A stretch of 64,000 bases of DNA from Promethearchaeota archaeon. Its GTDB lineage: Archaea > Asgardarchaeota > Lokiarchaeia > Sigyniarchaeales > SOKP01. Shown here piece after piece: positions 49,907-59,667 of the stretch (position 1 is its first letter; every line of letters starts with the position of its first letter). The DNA lies in the NCBI GenBank assembly GCA_048940445.1, contig JBHLON010000001.1:96001-160000 (forward strand), in the 5' to 3' direction. A program made the translations under genes and the position numbers. The notes below the pieces were generated by a model. The model worked only from the letters and a program-made list of their open reading frames with translations. It was not told where the DNA came from and made no database searches.

Positions 49907-51628
49907 CTGGAAATTGATGATAATCTAAAAAATAATACTTCTGTTGCTTATATATCAATGGAAATAGGTTTAGATTCTAATATCCCAACTTATAGTGGTG
50001 GTTTAGGAGTACTATCAGGAGATACAGTAAGATCTGCTGCTGATTTAGAGATCCCAATGGTAGCAGTTTGCCTATGTTACAGTTCAGGATACTTTTTTCA
50101 ATTATTTAATGAAGCTGGTGAACAAAAGGAAAAAGAAGTCGAATGGAATTTTTTCTATGAATTTGATAAAGTTGAGAAACCCATTTCTGTTAAAATTGAG
50201 AATCGAGAAGTTAGGGTCTCTGCATGGCTTTACAAAGTCATTGGTCAATCAGGTCATGTTTTACCTGTCTATCTTCTTACAACTGATGTTGAGGGAAATG
50301 AACCATGGATGAAAAAGATGACAGGATCTCTATACGATTCAACTTCGCGATGGAATCGCATTGTCCAAGAAATAATCCTTGGAATTGGTGGTGTTCGCCT
50401 CCTAAACTCCCTAGGATATGAAAATATTAAAACTTATCATCTTAATGAGGGTCATGGAAGTTTTGCTTCAATTGAATTATATAATATGTATAAAGGGGAC
50501 ATTGAAAAGATTAAGTCAAGTGTTGTTTTTACTACTCATACACCTGTAGCTGCTGGACATGATAGATTTGATCAAAGTTTGGTAACTAAAGTTTTTGAAA
50601 ATAGAATTCCTGAACGAATTCGAAAGTTTGGTGAGGATAATGGGCAATTTAATATGACATTTTTGGGGATGAACCTCTCAAGATATCGGAATGCAGTTTC
50701 AAGAAAACATGTTGAAATAACTAAACAAATGTTCCCAAAATATGAAATTGACTATATTACAAATGGAATTCATTTACCCTTCTGGGTATCAAAACCATTT
50801 AGAAAAATGTTTGATAGAAAGTTTCCTAATTGGAAGGCAAACCCATCTTTACTGCAAAATGCAATCGAGTTAGATGATCTAGATGTTTTCGATGCTCACA
50901 TTAAAAATAAATTCAATCTTATTAGCTATCAAAAGGGCCATTCATGGAATTTATTAGATGAAGAATTAATAACAATCGGTTTTGCAAAAAGATTTGCTAC
51001 TTATAAAAGAGGTACTTTAATTTTCCATGATATTGATAGATTAGGAAAAATCTGTAAGGGAAGTGTACAATTTATATTTGCAGGTAAGGCTCACCCTAAA
51101 GATGAAATGGGGAAGGATTATATCAAGAAAGTTTATGAATCAGGCAACTATTTGTATGATAACTATGGAGTTAAAGTCGTTTTAATGGAGAATTATAATA
51201 TGGATTTAGCACATATGTTAGTTTCAGGGTGTGATGTTTGGTTAAATACTCCTGAAAGATATCGTGAAGCAAGCGGTACTAGTGGCATGAAAGCAGCATT
51301 AAATGGTGTATTAAATTTCAGTATTCAAGATGGATGGTGGTTAGAAGGTTATAAAAAAAATGCTTTATCAGGATGGGCTATTGGGCCTAATGATCAAAAT
51401 CCAAAAGATCCAGGGATCTCTAATAATTGGGACATTGATTCGAAAGAAATTTATAAGATTTTAGAGAACAGTATAATTCCAACCTATTTAAATCATGACG
51501 AGTGGCTATTTAAATGTAAAAATGCAATATCACTAGCTGCTTACTTCAATACGCATCGTATGATTGAAGAATACGCTGAAAAAGCCTACAAATTAAGAAA
51601 ACAAAGACCTTGGAAATATTTTGAATAA
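49907..51628 (+). CDS. glgP: Alpha-glucan (glycogen/maltodextrin) phosphorylase, probable CTG start
   Basis: VAYISMEIG spans the track ATG; YSGGLGVL.GD, HLNEGH, FTTHTP, RFATYKR, GKAHP, EASGTSGMKA. Confidence 0.93.
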   Translation: MEIDDNLKNNTSVAYISMEIGLDSNIPTYSGGLGVLSGDTVRSAADLEIPMVAVCLCYSSGYFFQLFNEAGEQKEKEVEWNFFYEFDKVEKPISVKIENREVRVSAWLYKVIGQSGHVLPVYLLTTDVEGNEPWMKKMTGSLYDSTSRWNRIVQEIILGIGGVRLLNSLGYENIKTYHLNEGHGSFASIELYNMYKGDIEKIKSSVVFTTHTPVAAGHDRFDQSLVTKVFENRIPERIRKFGEDNGQFNMTFLGMNLSRYRNAVSRKHVEITKQMFPKYEIDYITNGIHLPFWVSKPFRKMFDRKFPNWKANPSLLQNAIELDDLDVFDAHIKNKFNLISYQKGHSWNLLDEELITIGFAKRFATYKRGTLIFHDIDRLGKICKGSVQFIFAGKAHPKDEMGKDYIKKVYESGNYLYDNYGVKVVLMENYNMDLAHMLVSGCDVWLNTPERYREASGTSGMKAALNGVLNFSIQDGWWLEGYKKNALSGWAIGPNDQNPKDPGISNNWDIDSKEIYKILENSIIPTYLNHDEWLFKCKNAISLAAYFNTHRMIEEYAEKAYKLRKQRPWKYFE

Positions 51629-51629
51629 A

Positions 51630-52139
51630 TTAATTATGTATTAAAAATGGTCTTATTTTAACATAATCTTCAAATGCTTGTTGTTTTAAGTAGTCTTCGA
51701 ATGTTTGAGTAAAGATTTCTTCAAGAACGTTTATTCCAGACACTAATCCATCCATATCCTTTGCAATTAACAAAACATATTCAGAAGTTGATTCCAAATA
51801 ATAGCTTCCAGATTTATATTCCATCTTAACAAATTTCTCAACTATTTTGTTAGTCTTTCTAACGATATCATTAGTGGTAAAAAGAACAATTAAAAATTCT
51901 TCACTGAATTCTTCCTTTAGATAAGAATCACGAATTCCAGCCGCTATTAGAGGATTATCAGTATAATCCTTGAATAAAAATTGTAATTGATTCAATTCTT
52001 TTCTAAATTTATTCTTATTGTGAAAAAAGCTTAATTCATTACTTAAAATTAAAGGAGGACCCTCTAGATATGAAATATTTTTAGGAGATTTTTTAAATTC
52101 AAATTCTTGGAGATATTGATACATAGTAAATCTTTTCAC
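51630..52139 (-). CDS. Stand-alone GH20 domain-2-like (zincin-like) protein
   Basis: GSYYLE....VLLIA.D..GL..G...L..I pattern. Confidence 0.5.
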   Translation of the reverse strand: MKRFTMYQYLQEFEFKKSPKNISYLEGPPLILSNELSFFHNKNKFRKELNQLQFLFKDYTDNPLIAAGIRDSYLKEEFSEEFLIVLFTTNDIVRKTNKIVEKFVKMEYKSGSYYLESTSEYVLLIAKDMDGLVSGINVLEEIFTQTFEDYLKQQAFEDYVKIRPFLIHN

Positions 52140-52257
52140 TTTTATAATATTCTGATTAAGAATAAATCTTCAAATAATAATGGTATTATTTAATTAAAAA
52201 TCATTTTTTATTAAAATTTCGTGCTTATATTTTGAAAAATTAGACGGCATTAATATT

Positions 52258-53259
52258 ATGAGATTAGGAACTCTTCATTTAGAAAATAATTTACTGTTAG
52301 CACCAATGCAAGAAGTGACTACTGCTCCATATAGGAGATTTTGTAGAAAGTTTCAAGACATTGGTTTAGTTTGCGTTCCTATGATATATACTAAACGAGT
52401 TATAAAAAATCCAGATACTATCACCCCTGATCTACACAGAATTGAAGAAGAAGTGCCAATAAGCATCCAATTAATTGGATCGAATCTAGACGCATTGAAA
52501 AATACTATATTATTTCTTGAAAGTTATAAATTTAGTGTTATTGATCTCAATGCGGGATGTCCTTCTAGGCGAGCATTCAATTCTCAAGAAGGAGCTTATT
52601 TATTGAGAGATTTTAAGTTCTTAAAGAAACTTGTTAACACTGCCTTGAAATACGCTTCGAAACCAATATCCTTGAAGATAAGGACGGGTATTAATGATAG
52701 AATTAATTTACATGAATTTTCAACTTTAATAAATAATTCTGATATAGAATATTTAACAATTCATGGTAGAACTGTTAAAGACAAATTTGATGACTCTAAA
52801 TTAGATCTTGATACGATAAAAGAGTTAAAGAGCCTTCTAAATATACCAATTGTAGGAAATGGAAATATAGATGATCCCCTAAATGCAAAAAGATTTATAG
52901 ATTACACAAATGTAGACGCAATTATGATCGGAAGAGCTTCTATGGGAAATCCTCAAATTTTTAGTCAAATTAACGATTTCTTGAAAACAGGAAAATTTAT
53001 TCCATTTCAAAATGATAAAGATAGGATGCGAAAATATCTCAAAATTTATGAAGAATGTCTTAAGGAGTTTATTGATGATGAGTTATCAATTCCATATTCA
53101 ATAGAAAAATACAAGTTTAAAGAATTAAAAAGGAATGCTATCTGGCTATCAAAAAATATTGATCATTCCAATGAAATTAGGCAGAAACTCTCAAGAACAA
53201 GGGACTTAGCACATTTAAAGCATTTATTAAAACTCTTTTTTGAAAACCCCATGAATTAG
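52258..53259 (+). CDS. dus: tRNA-dihydrouridine synthase family protein
   Basis: LAPM, QL.G, DLNAGCP, KIRTG, IHGRT, GNGNI, MIGR. Confidence 0.9.
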   Translation: MRLGTLHLENNLLLAPMQEVTTAPYRRFCRKFQDIGLVCVPMIYTKRVIKNPDTITPDLHRIEEEVPISIQLIGSNLDALKNTILFLESYKFSVIDLNAGCPSRRAFNSQEGAYLLRDFKFLKKLVNTALKYASKPISLKIRTGINDRINLHEFSTLINNSDIEYLTIHGRTVKDKFDDSKLDLDTIKELKSLLNIPIVGNGNIDDPLNAKRFIDYTNVDAIMIGRASMGNPQIFSQINDFLKTGKFIPFQNDKDRMRKYLKIYEECLKEFIDDELSIPYSIEKYKFKELKRNAIWLSKNIDHSNEIRQKLSRTRDLAHLKHLLKLFFENPMN

Positions 53260-53516
53260 TTTTTACCTCGATAAAGGATAGCTATATACATCATAATATG
53301 AACTGCAAGAATTATTCCAATAACTATAGCTATTAAATTTACAATTTGAATGAGAAGGCCTTCAATTGTCGTTGTTAGTTCAATAGTTGACCATGAAAAA
53401 TTTCTAGCTATTCCTGAAATAACAAAATAATAAATCAAGCATAGAAATTCAATAATTACGAGTATGAATATTCTGAAACGAACAGACTCTCTTTTAGCAA
53501 GCTTCATAATCAGCAC
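53256..53516 (-). CDS. Small 2-TM membrane protein
   Basis: Two hydrophobic segments; follows mtnA. Confidence 0.6.
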   Translation of the reverse strand: MLIMKLAKRESVRFRIFILVIIEFLCLIYYFVISGIARNFSWSTIELTTTIEGLLIQIVNLIAIVIGIILAVHIMMYIAILYRGKN

Positions 53517-53532
53517 CTTACTAGCTTATTTA

Positions 53533-54564
53533 TTAAATATTTGAAATCTTATATTTTTTTAGTAAATCTTCGGGACTAAAAACACCATCTTCAGTAATTA
53601 TTGCTGTTACAAGTCGAAATGGTGTTATGTCAAAAGCATAATTTAAACACTCTACATTATCAGGTACTATTTGAATTTTACCTAATACACAACTGACTTC
53701 CGTACTGTCTCTCTGCTCAATTATAACATCATCTATAGTTTCTAGGAGTGACAGTGTCGATGTTGGTGCTGCTACATAAAAGGGAATGTTATTATCGTTT
53801 GCAGCTAAAGCCACCAGATAGGTACCAATTTTATTAAATACTGCATCTGAAGTTACCCGATCTGTTCCCACTATTACTTTATCAACTTTTCTTAAACGCA
53901 TTAATAATCCAGAGGAAGTATCGGAAATTACTTTAACAGGAATTTTATCATATTGCAACTCATAAGCGGTCAATCTAGCTCCTTGTAATCTTGGGCGTGT
54001 TTCGTCTGCAATTACGCTAATTCTCTTTCCTTCCTCAATAGCAGCTCTCACAGGAGCTAAGGCTGTTCCATATTGCACGGTAGCAAGGGAACCGGCATTA
54101 CAATGAGTAAGAATAACATCCCCATCTTTTAATAACTTTGCACCATTCCTTCCTATTCTTTTGTTCACATTAATATCTTCTTGTGCCATAATTTTTGCTT
54201 CTTCTATAACTAAATTGGATATATTTACAGGATTATCTGGGTACGTTCGGATAATATTTATAACCCTATCCACTGCCCAAAATAAGTTAGAAGCTGTTGG
54301 CCTTGTTTTTCTTATAATCTTTGCTGCTTCTTCCATTTTTTCTATAAATTTTTCTTTTGGTAATTGGTTATACTCAATTGTAGCTAAACCAATACCCATA
54401 GCAGCCGCAACTCCAATTGCAGGAGCACCTCTGATATTCATCACTTTAATCGCATTGGCAACATCTCTAAAATTGTCAAATTCAAGAAATTGAAGAGTAT
54501 GAGGAAGTTGAGTTTGATCAATCATCTTAACCTTGTTATTCTTCCATTCAATTGAAGGGATCAT
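53533..54564 (-). CDS. mtnA: S-methyl-5-thioribose-1-phosphate isomerase (eIF2B-alpha family)
   Basis: IRGAPAIG, RPTA.NL, LTHCNAG, ETRP.LQGARLT, NKIGTY, FDITP. Confidence 0.92.
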   Translation of the reverse strand: MIPSIEWKNNKVKMIDQTQLPHTLQFLEFDNFRDVANAIKVMNIRGAPAIGVAAAMGIGLATIEYNQLPKEKFIEKMEEAAKIIRKTRPTASNLFWAVDRVINIIRTYPDNPVNISNLVIEEAKIMAQEDINVNKRIGRNGAKLLKDGDVILTHCNAGSLATVQYGTALAPVRAAIEEGKRISVIADETRPRLQGARLTAYELQYDKIPVKVISDTSSGLLMRLRKVDKVIVGTDRVTSDAVFNKIGTYLVALAANDNNIPFYVAAPTSTLSLLETIDDVIIEQRDSTEVSCVLGKIQIVPDNVECLNYAFDITPFRLVTAIITEDGVFSPEDLLKKYKISNI

Positions 54565-54765
54565 AATTATAAGAGGCGAAAATGTTAATTAAAACTTATG
54601 AATAAATAAACTCAGAACAATTTAACAATACGCATAGTAATTAAAGAAAAAGTTATAAGGATTATAATAATTTGTAAAAATTAGTTTTAGACTATAGAAA
54701 ATAGATTATTATAGGATGAGGGTATAAAAAAATTAAGTTCCAAGATATTTCTAGAAGAGAGTAAA

Positions 54766-56136
54766 ATGATTCTTCATAAGATAAAAAGTGAAGGTATTGC
54801 ATCTATATCATATTTTTTAGCGTCTGGGAATGAAGCATGTGTTATAGACCCGAGAAGAGATGCCAAAATTTTTCTTAAATTAGCTTGGGATGCTGAAGCT
54901 AATATAAAGTATGTATTTGAAACCCACCGTAACGAGGATTATGTCATTGGATCCAGAGAAATAGCAGATGTAGTTGATGTGAAAATATACCATGGACCTG
55001 GTTTGGATTGGAAGTATGGTAAAACCCTTAAAGATGGGCAGGAATTCACATTAGGTGTTTTGAAAATTAGAGTTATCCATACTCCTGGTCATACTGATGA
55101 AAGCACAAGCTATGCTGTGTTTGATACAACTACAGGAGACCAAACTATAATGGTATTTACGGGAGATGCTCTATTTGTTGGAGATACTGGGCGGATTGAT
55201 ATGTATGGTCCTGATAAATCAAAAAAAAATGCTGAAAATCTCTATAACAGTTTATTTAATAAAATTTTACCTTTAGGGGATCAAGCTGTTATATTACCGG
55301 CTCATGGTGCTGGGTCTGTTTGTGGAGTTGCCATAAATGAAAGAGAATTAAGTACAATTGGACTAGAACGTATGCAAAATCCAGTATTGCAATTGAAGGA
55401 TAGACAAAAGTTTGTAGAATTCAAATTAAATGAGAAACATTATTTTGCACCTTATTTTAGACAAATGGAAAAATATAACTTACAAGGACCTCCATTATTA
55501 AAAGATTTACCGAGATTTAAGCCATTACTCCCAAATGAATTTAAAAGTAAATTAGAAGAGGGAGGAATAATTGTTGATACCAGAAATCCAGCATCTTTTG
55601 GTTCAGTGCATATTAAAAATTCATATAACATATGGTTGAAAGGATTACCATCCTATGTGGGGTGGGTTCTCCCTTATGATAAACCAATATTGCTTGTTGT
55701 AGAAAATTTCAAAGATTTAAAGAAAGCATATAAATATCTTCTTAGACTGGGTTATGATAATATTATGGGATATTTGGTCGGAGGGATAATTGCCTGGTAT
55801 AGCAATCATCTTCCCATCGAAACAATTGGTATGATGACTGTTGATATATTAAAAAGAAGATTGGATCAAGGTGAAAAAACCTTTTTAATTGATGTTCGGG
55901 CAGCCCCTGAGTTAAAGGAGGGATATATTGAAGAAGCGAAGAACATTTATGTAGGTGAACTGGAAGAGAAATTAGTGGATTTACCTAAAGATGTTCCCAT
56001 AGTAACTATTTGTGGAAATGGAGCTCGAGCTAGCATGGCAACAAGCATTTTAAAAAGAAATGGATTTAACTATGTTTATAATGTGTTAGGGAGCATGAAA
56101 GCATGGAAACAAGCAAAATATCCGATTAAAAACTAA
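54766..56136 (+). CDS. MBL-fold persulfide dioxygenase-like protein fused to two rhodanese domains
   Basis: ETHRNEDY, TPGHT, FTGD.LF, PAHGAGS.CG; second rhodanese ICGNGARA. Confidence 0.88.
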   Translation: MILHKIKSEGIASISYFLASGNEACVIDPRRDAKIFLKLAWDAEANIKYVFETHRNEDYVIGSREIADVVDVKIYHGPGLDWKYGKTLKDGQEFTLGVLKIRVIHTPGHTDESTSYAVFDTTTGDQTIMVFTGDALFVGDTGRIDMYGPDKSKKNAENLYNSLFNKILPLGDQAVILPAHGAGSVCGVAINERELSTIGLERMQNPVLQLKDRQKFVEFKLNEKHYFAPYFRQMEKYNLQGPPLLKDLPRFKPLLPNEFKSKLEEGGIIVDTRNPASFGSVHIKNSYNIWLKGLPSYVGWVLPYDKPILLVVENFKDLKKAYKYLLRLGYDNIMGYLVGGIIAWYSNHLPIETIGMMTVDILKRRLDQGEKTFLIDVRAAPELKEGYIEEAKNIYVGELEEKLVDLPKDVPIVTICGNGARASMATSILKRNGFNYVYNVLGSMKAWKQAKYPIKN

Positions 56137-56243
56137 TAATTACATTTCTCAGATTTATAATCTTGATTTTTAATTCATAAAGAAAATTTTTATTATTTCT
56201 CAAATCGTGTATAATTTAATAAAGAAATTTTGGTGAAACAGAA

Positions 56244-56585
56244 ATGGATGACGATATGAAAGAATATTTCAAAGCTGCCCAAGCTAGTCTTCAGAGACTA
56301 GGACAAGCACATCCCGATGCCATGAAAGGATTTCAACAATTTTTTAGAGCTGCGAAGGCTGATGGTGCTATATCTGCGAAAGTAAAAGAATTAATAGGAG
56401 TTGCTCTTTCAATTGCTTATCAATGTAAATTTTGTGTAGCATGGCATGTTAAACATGCATTAGATCAAGGAGCCACGAAAGAGGAAATAATCGAAGCAAG
56501 TATGGTCGCTGGAACTTTAGGTGGTGGTCCTTCATTAATGTTTACAAAATATGTGTTTAAAGCTTTAGAGGATTTTGCAAAATAG
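56244..56585 (+). CDS. AhpD/carboxymuconolactone decarboxylase family protein
   Basis: KELIGVA.S....CKFC..WH...A...GAT.EEI.EA. Confidence 0.9.
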   Translation: MDDDMKEYFKAAQASLQRLGQAHPDAMKGFQQFFRAAKADGAISAKVKELIGVALSIAYQCKFCVAWHVKHALDQGATKEEIIEASMVAGTLGGGPSLMFTKYVFKALEDFAK

Positions 56586-56619
56586 AATTTTTTAACCTAA
56601 AATATACTTAATCAAAAAA

Positions 56620-57021
56620 GTGGAAGATATGGTTGATATATTGAAAAAAGCATTAAGTATGGATTTTAATGACGCAGTGGAGCGTGTTGAGAAAATTATT
56701 GTTGAAGAAGGCTTTAGTCATATGCTAACAAAATCTATAGATGAAATTTTCAAGAAGAAATTAGGAATAGATTACGACAGATATACTATAATACTAGCTT
56801 GCGGCCCTGAATTTGCTAAAGCGGCACTAGATGTATCAAAAAACGTTGGTTTGTTATTTCCATGCAGTTTTGTGATCTATGAAGAAAATGGAAAGGTATA
56901 TGTAAGTCACACTTCAATTATGAAAGTAGCCCCTGAAGCTGGATTAGCTCCTGCTGATAAAATGAAAACGGTTATAGAAATGACCAGTAAAGCAGTTCAT
57001 GCAGCTTGGGACAGGTTTTAA
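56620..57021 (+). CDS. DUF302 family protein
   Basis: Y.IILAC.P..A..AL......GLLFPC..VIYE. Confidence 0.85.
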   Translation: MEDMVDILKKALSMDFNDAVERVEKIIVEEGFSHMLTKSIDEIFKKKLGIDYDRYTIILACGPEFAKAALDVSKNVGLLFPCSFVIYEENGKVYVSHTSIMKVAPEAGLAPADKMKTVIEMTSKAVHAAWDRF

Positions 57022-57022
57022 C

Positions 57023-57035
57023 TTTTTTTTTTTTT
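57023..57035 (+). terminator. Oligo-T archaeal terminator
   Basis: Run of 13 T immediately after the DUF302 stop codon. Confidence 0.55.
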
Positions 57036-57097
57036 AATAAAAATTTTTAGATATCATATTCTAGTCTAATTAATAACAAAACTTCAACAATCTTATA

Positions 57098-59593
57098 ATG
57101 TACAGTAAACAAGTTCTTGAAAGAGATACTTTAAGACTAATTATAGATGAACATAAAGATTTTACTTCTGAGGTTATTGAAGTTAAATATAATGATTTTT
57201 GGGTACCTATTCTTGGAAATCATTCTGGTTTTAGTACATTAAATTATTGGGAAAGAGGTATCCGAAAAAGTAAAAAAACATTTTTTCTAAAAAGTAAAAA
57301 GAAAAAATTATATTATCAGATTAATGATAATGATTTTTTACTAAATTTAGACTACTGTTTTGAAGAAGATAACATATTTCATATTAGATATAAATTATCT
57401 AATAGAAAAGAATTAAATTTATCTAAACTTCTTGTAAATTATTCCGTCCTTCTTGAAGGTGAGCCAGACTTTACATGGGTTCCTCATCTTCGCCCAGAAA
57501 AGGAATATGTTATGGGGGATCATATATTTCGGTCTCCAGCGATTGTTTATAAGAAAGGCGCCATAGCTTTTGCCTTCATTCCAGATTTAAAGACTCTTGG
57601 GAATAATCGCCCTTTTCAATCATTTATAAATTTAAATCTAAAATCTGAAAATTCTGCCAATCTACCCCAAATAGATTACGGTTTTGGGAACTATCACTCA
57701 ACTCCTCACACATTTTTCAAATACGACTCGTCTAAAATATGGAAAATTGAAAAGGATACCGATTTAACCTTCCGATATTATATTATTATTTTTATTAAGA
57801 AAAAGGTATCCGAAATACTACAATCTATTAATAAATTCTTCTGGCAGAAATACCTTAGAAAATACCTATATGAAAGCTTAAAACCTCAAGTATTACCATA
57901 TGAAGAAAATGTTAGAGAAGGTTTTAAAGCAATTTTTGAAAGACATAAATATTGGGGAACGTTTTGGATTAATGGAATTGAATGTGGAGGAATTTGGCAA
58001 AGATCATGGGCAGGATCTAAAAAGAGATTGATTGAATTTATAAAGCCTGAGGATATCGAAAATCATAAACAAAGAAACACTACCGAAACTGCTAGCTCTG
58101 ATGAAGGCATTCACAAAATGATAAATGAAATGATTTATGATGCAGAACAAGTGAAATGGTTTGATAAGTATAGCCTCAGACTTGCATTTGTTCCTAGAAC
58201 TGCTGAAATCTGGAATAACGCGTGGTTTCTTAATATAAGGACTGCATATGGCTTGAGATACTTCGGAGAAGAATGGAAAGAAAATTCACTTATAGCAAGA
58301 GGAAATCTTATTTTAAATACAATTTTAAATTTACCGAGAATTAGTGGGCTTTTTCCGAGTATAATTTTTCCGGCAGGGCAAGATTCATCAATTGTTTCAT
58401 ATATAAATGGTTCTAAGGCTTATCTCTATAGTGATGAGTATAATTTAGTGGACATTTGCCTCGGAATGTATTGGACTCTTATTTATTACCATGAATTTGA
58501 GAAAAAAGATGAAATCATTGAAAAATGCAAAGATTTATTTAAATTTATCTCTAAAATTTGGCAAAAAACGTCTCACATTCCTGTTTTTATCAGTATTTCT
58601 AAAGATAAACAAATAGTAATTAACCATGTTTTATTAGATTCTGCTAGTTCTGGAGCCATATTACTATTCCTAACAAAATTATATAAAAGTATGAAAAGTC
58701 GAGAAATTATTGAAATAGCTAAGAAAATTGCACATTATATTCAAACAAACATAATCCCACAAAATAAATGGCACGATTTTGAACCGTTTTATAGTTGTAC
58801 TAAATTCTCTCTAAACTTCTTTGATAATTATACTAATAGCCATGTTATGAATACATTAAGTATCTATTGGTGTGCAGAAAGCTTTAAAGAACTATATAAA
58901 ATAACAAAAGAAGTAGAATATCTTGAAGGAGGAGAAGATATTTTAGCGGTACTATCGTTATTTCAGCAGGTTTGGCCTATGCCCTACATTAACTATAACA
59001 CATTCGGAGGTTTTGGAGTTCAAAATGCTGATGCTGAATTAAGTGATGCACGGCAAGCTTTATTCGTAAGAACATATATGGACTATTACCTTATAACTGA
59101 AAATGAGGAATATATGGAAAGAGGGCTTGCTGCATTACGTGCATCTTGGGCTTTACAATTGCTTAAACAATATGAAGAAATATGCCCTGGTAATATAAAG
59201 GGAATCTCCACTATTGATAATGTTGATAAAGGAGCCATCTATGAGAATTATGGTCATACAGGTAGTGATTATAGAGTTCCAGGTCAAATTACCTTTGATT
59301 GGGGGGTTGGTACTGCTGCAATGGCAACCGCCTATGTTAAAAAACATTTTGGTGATTTGTATATAGATTTTAAAAGAAAATTTGTATTTGGAATAGATGG
59401 GATTTTAATAAAGTCATTTGAATTTAATAATAGTGCAATAAAGATAATTTATGAAAAGCTGCCAGAAAAAACTCAAATTATAGTTAGAACCAGAGGCACT
59501 CCCCTTCCTGGAGTGAAATTATGCTTAAACAATGTCTCATTTGGAGTTATTACGAACAAAATGTTAAAGTCTGGATTTAAGGTTGATATCTAG
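57098..59593 (+). CDS. Large hypothetical protein, possible (alpha/alpha)6 glycoside hydrolase-like fold
   Basis: Repeated L.LY......YL..A helical pattern; W.DFE.FYSC, GGFG.QN.D.E.SDARQ, ENYGH motifs. Confidence 0.55.
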   Translation: MYSKQVLERDTLRLIIDEHKDFTSEVIEVKYNDFWVPILGNHSGFSTLNYWERGIRKSKKTFFLKSKKKKLYYQINDNDFLLNLDYCFEEDNIFHIRYKLSNRKELNLSKLLVNYSVLLEGEPDFTWVPHLRPEKEYVMGDHIFRSPAIVYKKGAIAFAFIPDLKTLGNNRPFQSFINLNLKSENSANLPQIDYGFGNYHSTPHTFFKYDSSKIWKIEKDTDLTFRYYIIIFIKKKVSEILQSINKFFWQKYLRKYLYESLKPQVLPYEENVREGFKAIFERHKYWGTFWINGIECGGIWQRSWAGSKKRLIEFIKPEDIENHKQRNTTETASSDEGIHKMINEMIYDAEQVKWFDKYSLRLAFVPRTAEIWNNAWFLNIRTAYGLRYFGEEWKENSLIARGNLILNTILNLPRISGLFPSIIFPAGQDSSIVSYINGSKAYLYSDEYNLVDICLGMYWTLIYYHEFEKKDEIIEKCKDLFKFISKIWQKTSHIPVFISISKDKQIVINHVLLDSASSGAILLFLTKLYKSMKSREIIEIAKKIAHYIQTNIIPQNKWHDFEPFYSCTKFSLNFFDNYTNSHVMNTLSIYWCAESFKELYKITKEVEYLEGGEDILAVLSLFQQVWPMPYINYNTFGGFGVQNADAELSDARQALFVRTYMDYYLITENEEYMERGLAALRASWALQLLKQYEEICPGNIKGISTIDNVDKGAIYENYGHTGSDYRVPGQITFDWGVGTAAMATAYVKKHFGDLYIDFKRKFVFGIDGILIKSFEFNNSAIKIIYEKLPEKTQIIVRTRGTPLPGVKLCLNNVSFGVITNKMLKSGFKVDI

Positions 59594-59667
59594 CAATAAT
59601 TTAAACCTTAAATTTATATGAACCAATATTAAATTATTTAATAAAATCAATTATCTAATATGATTAA

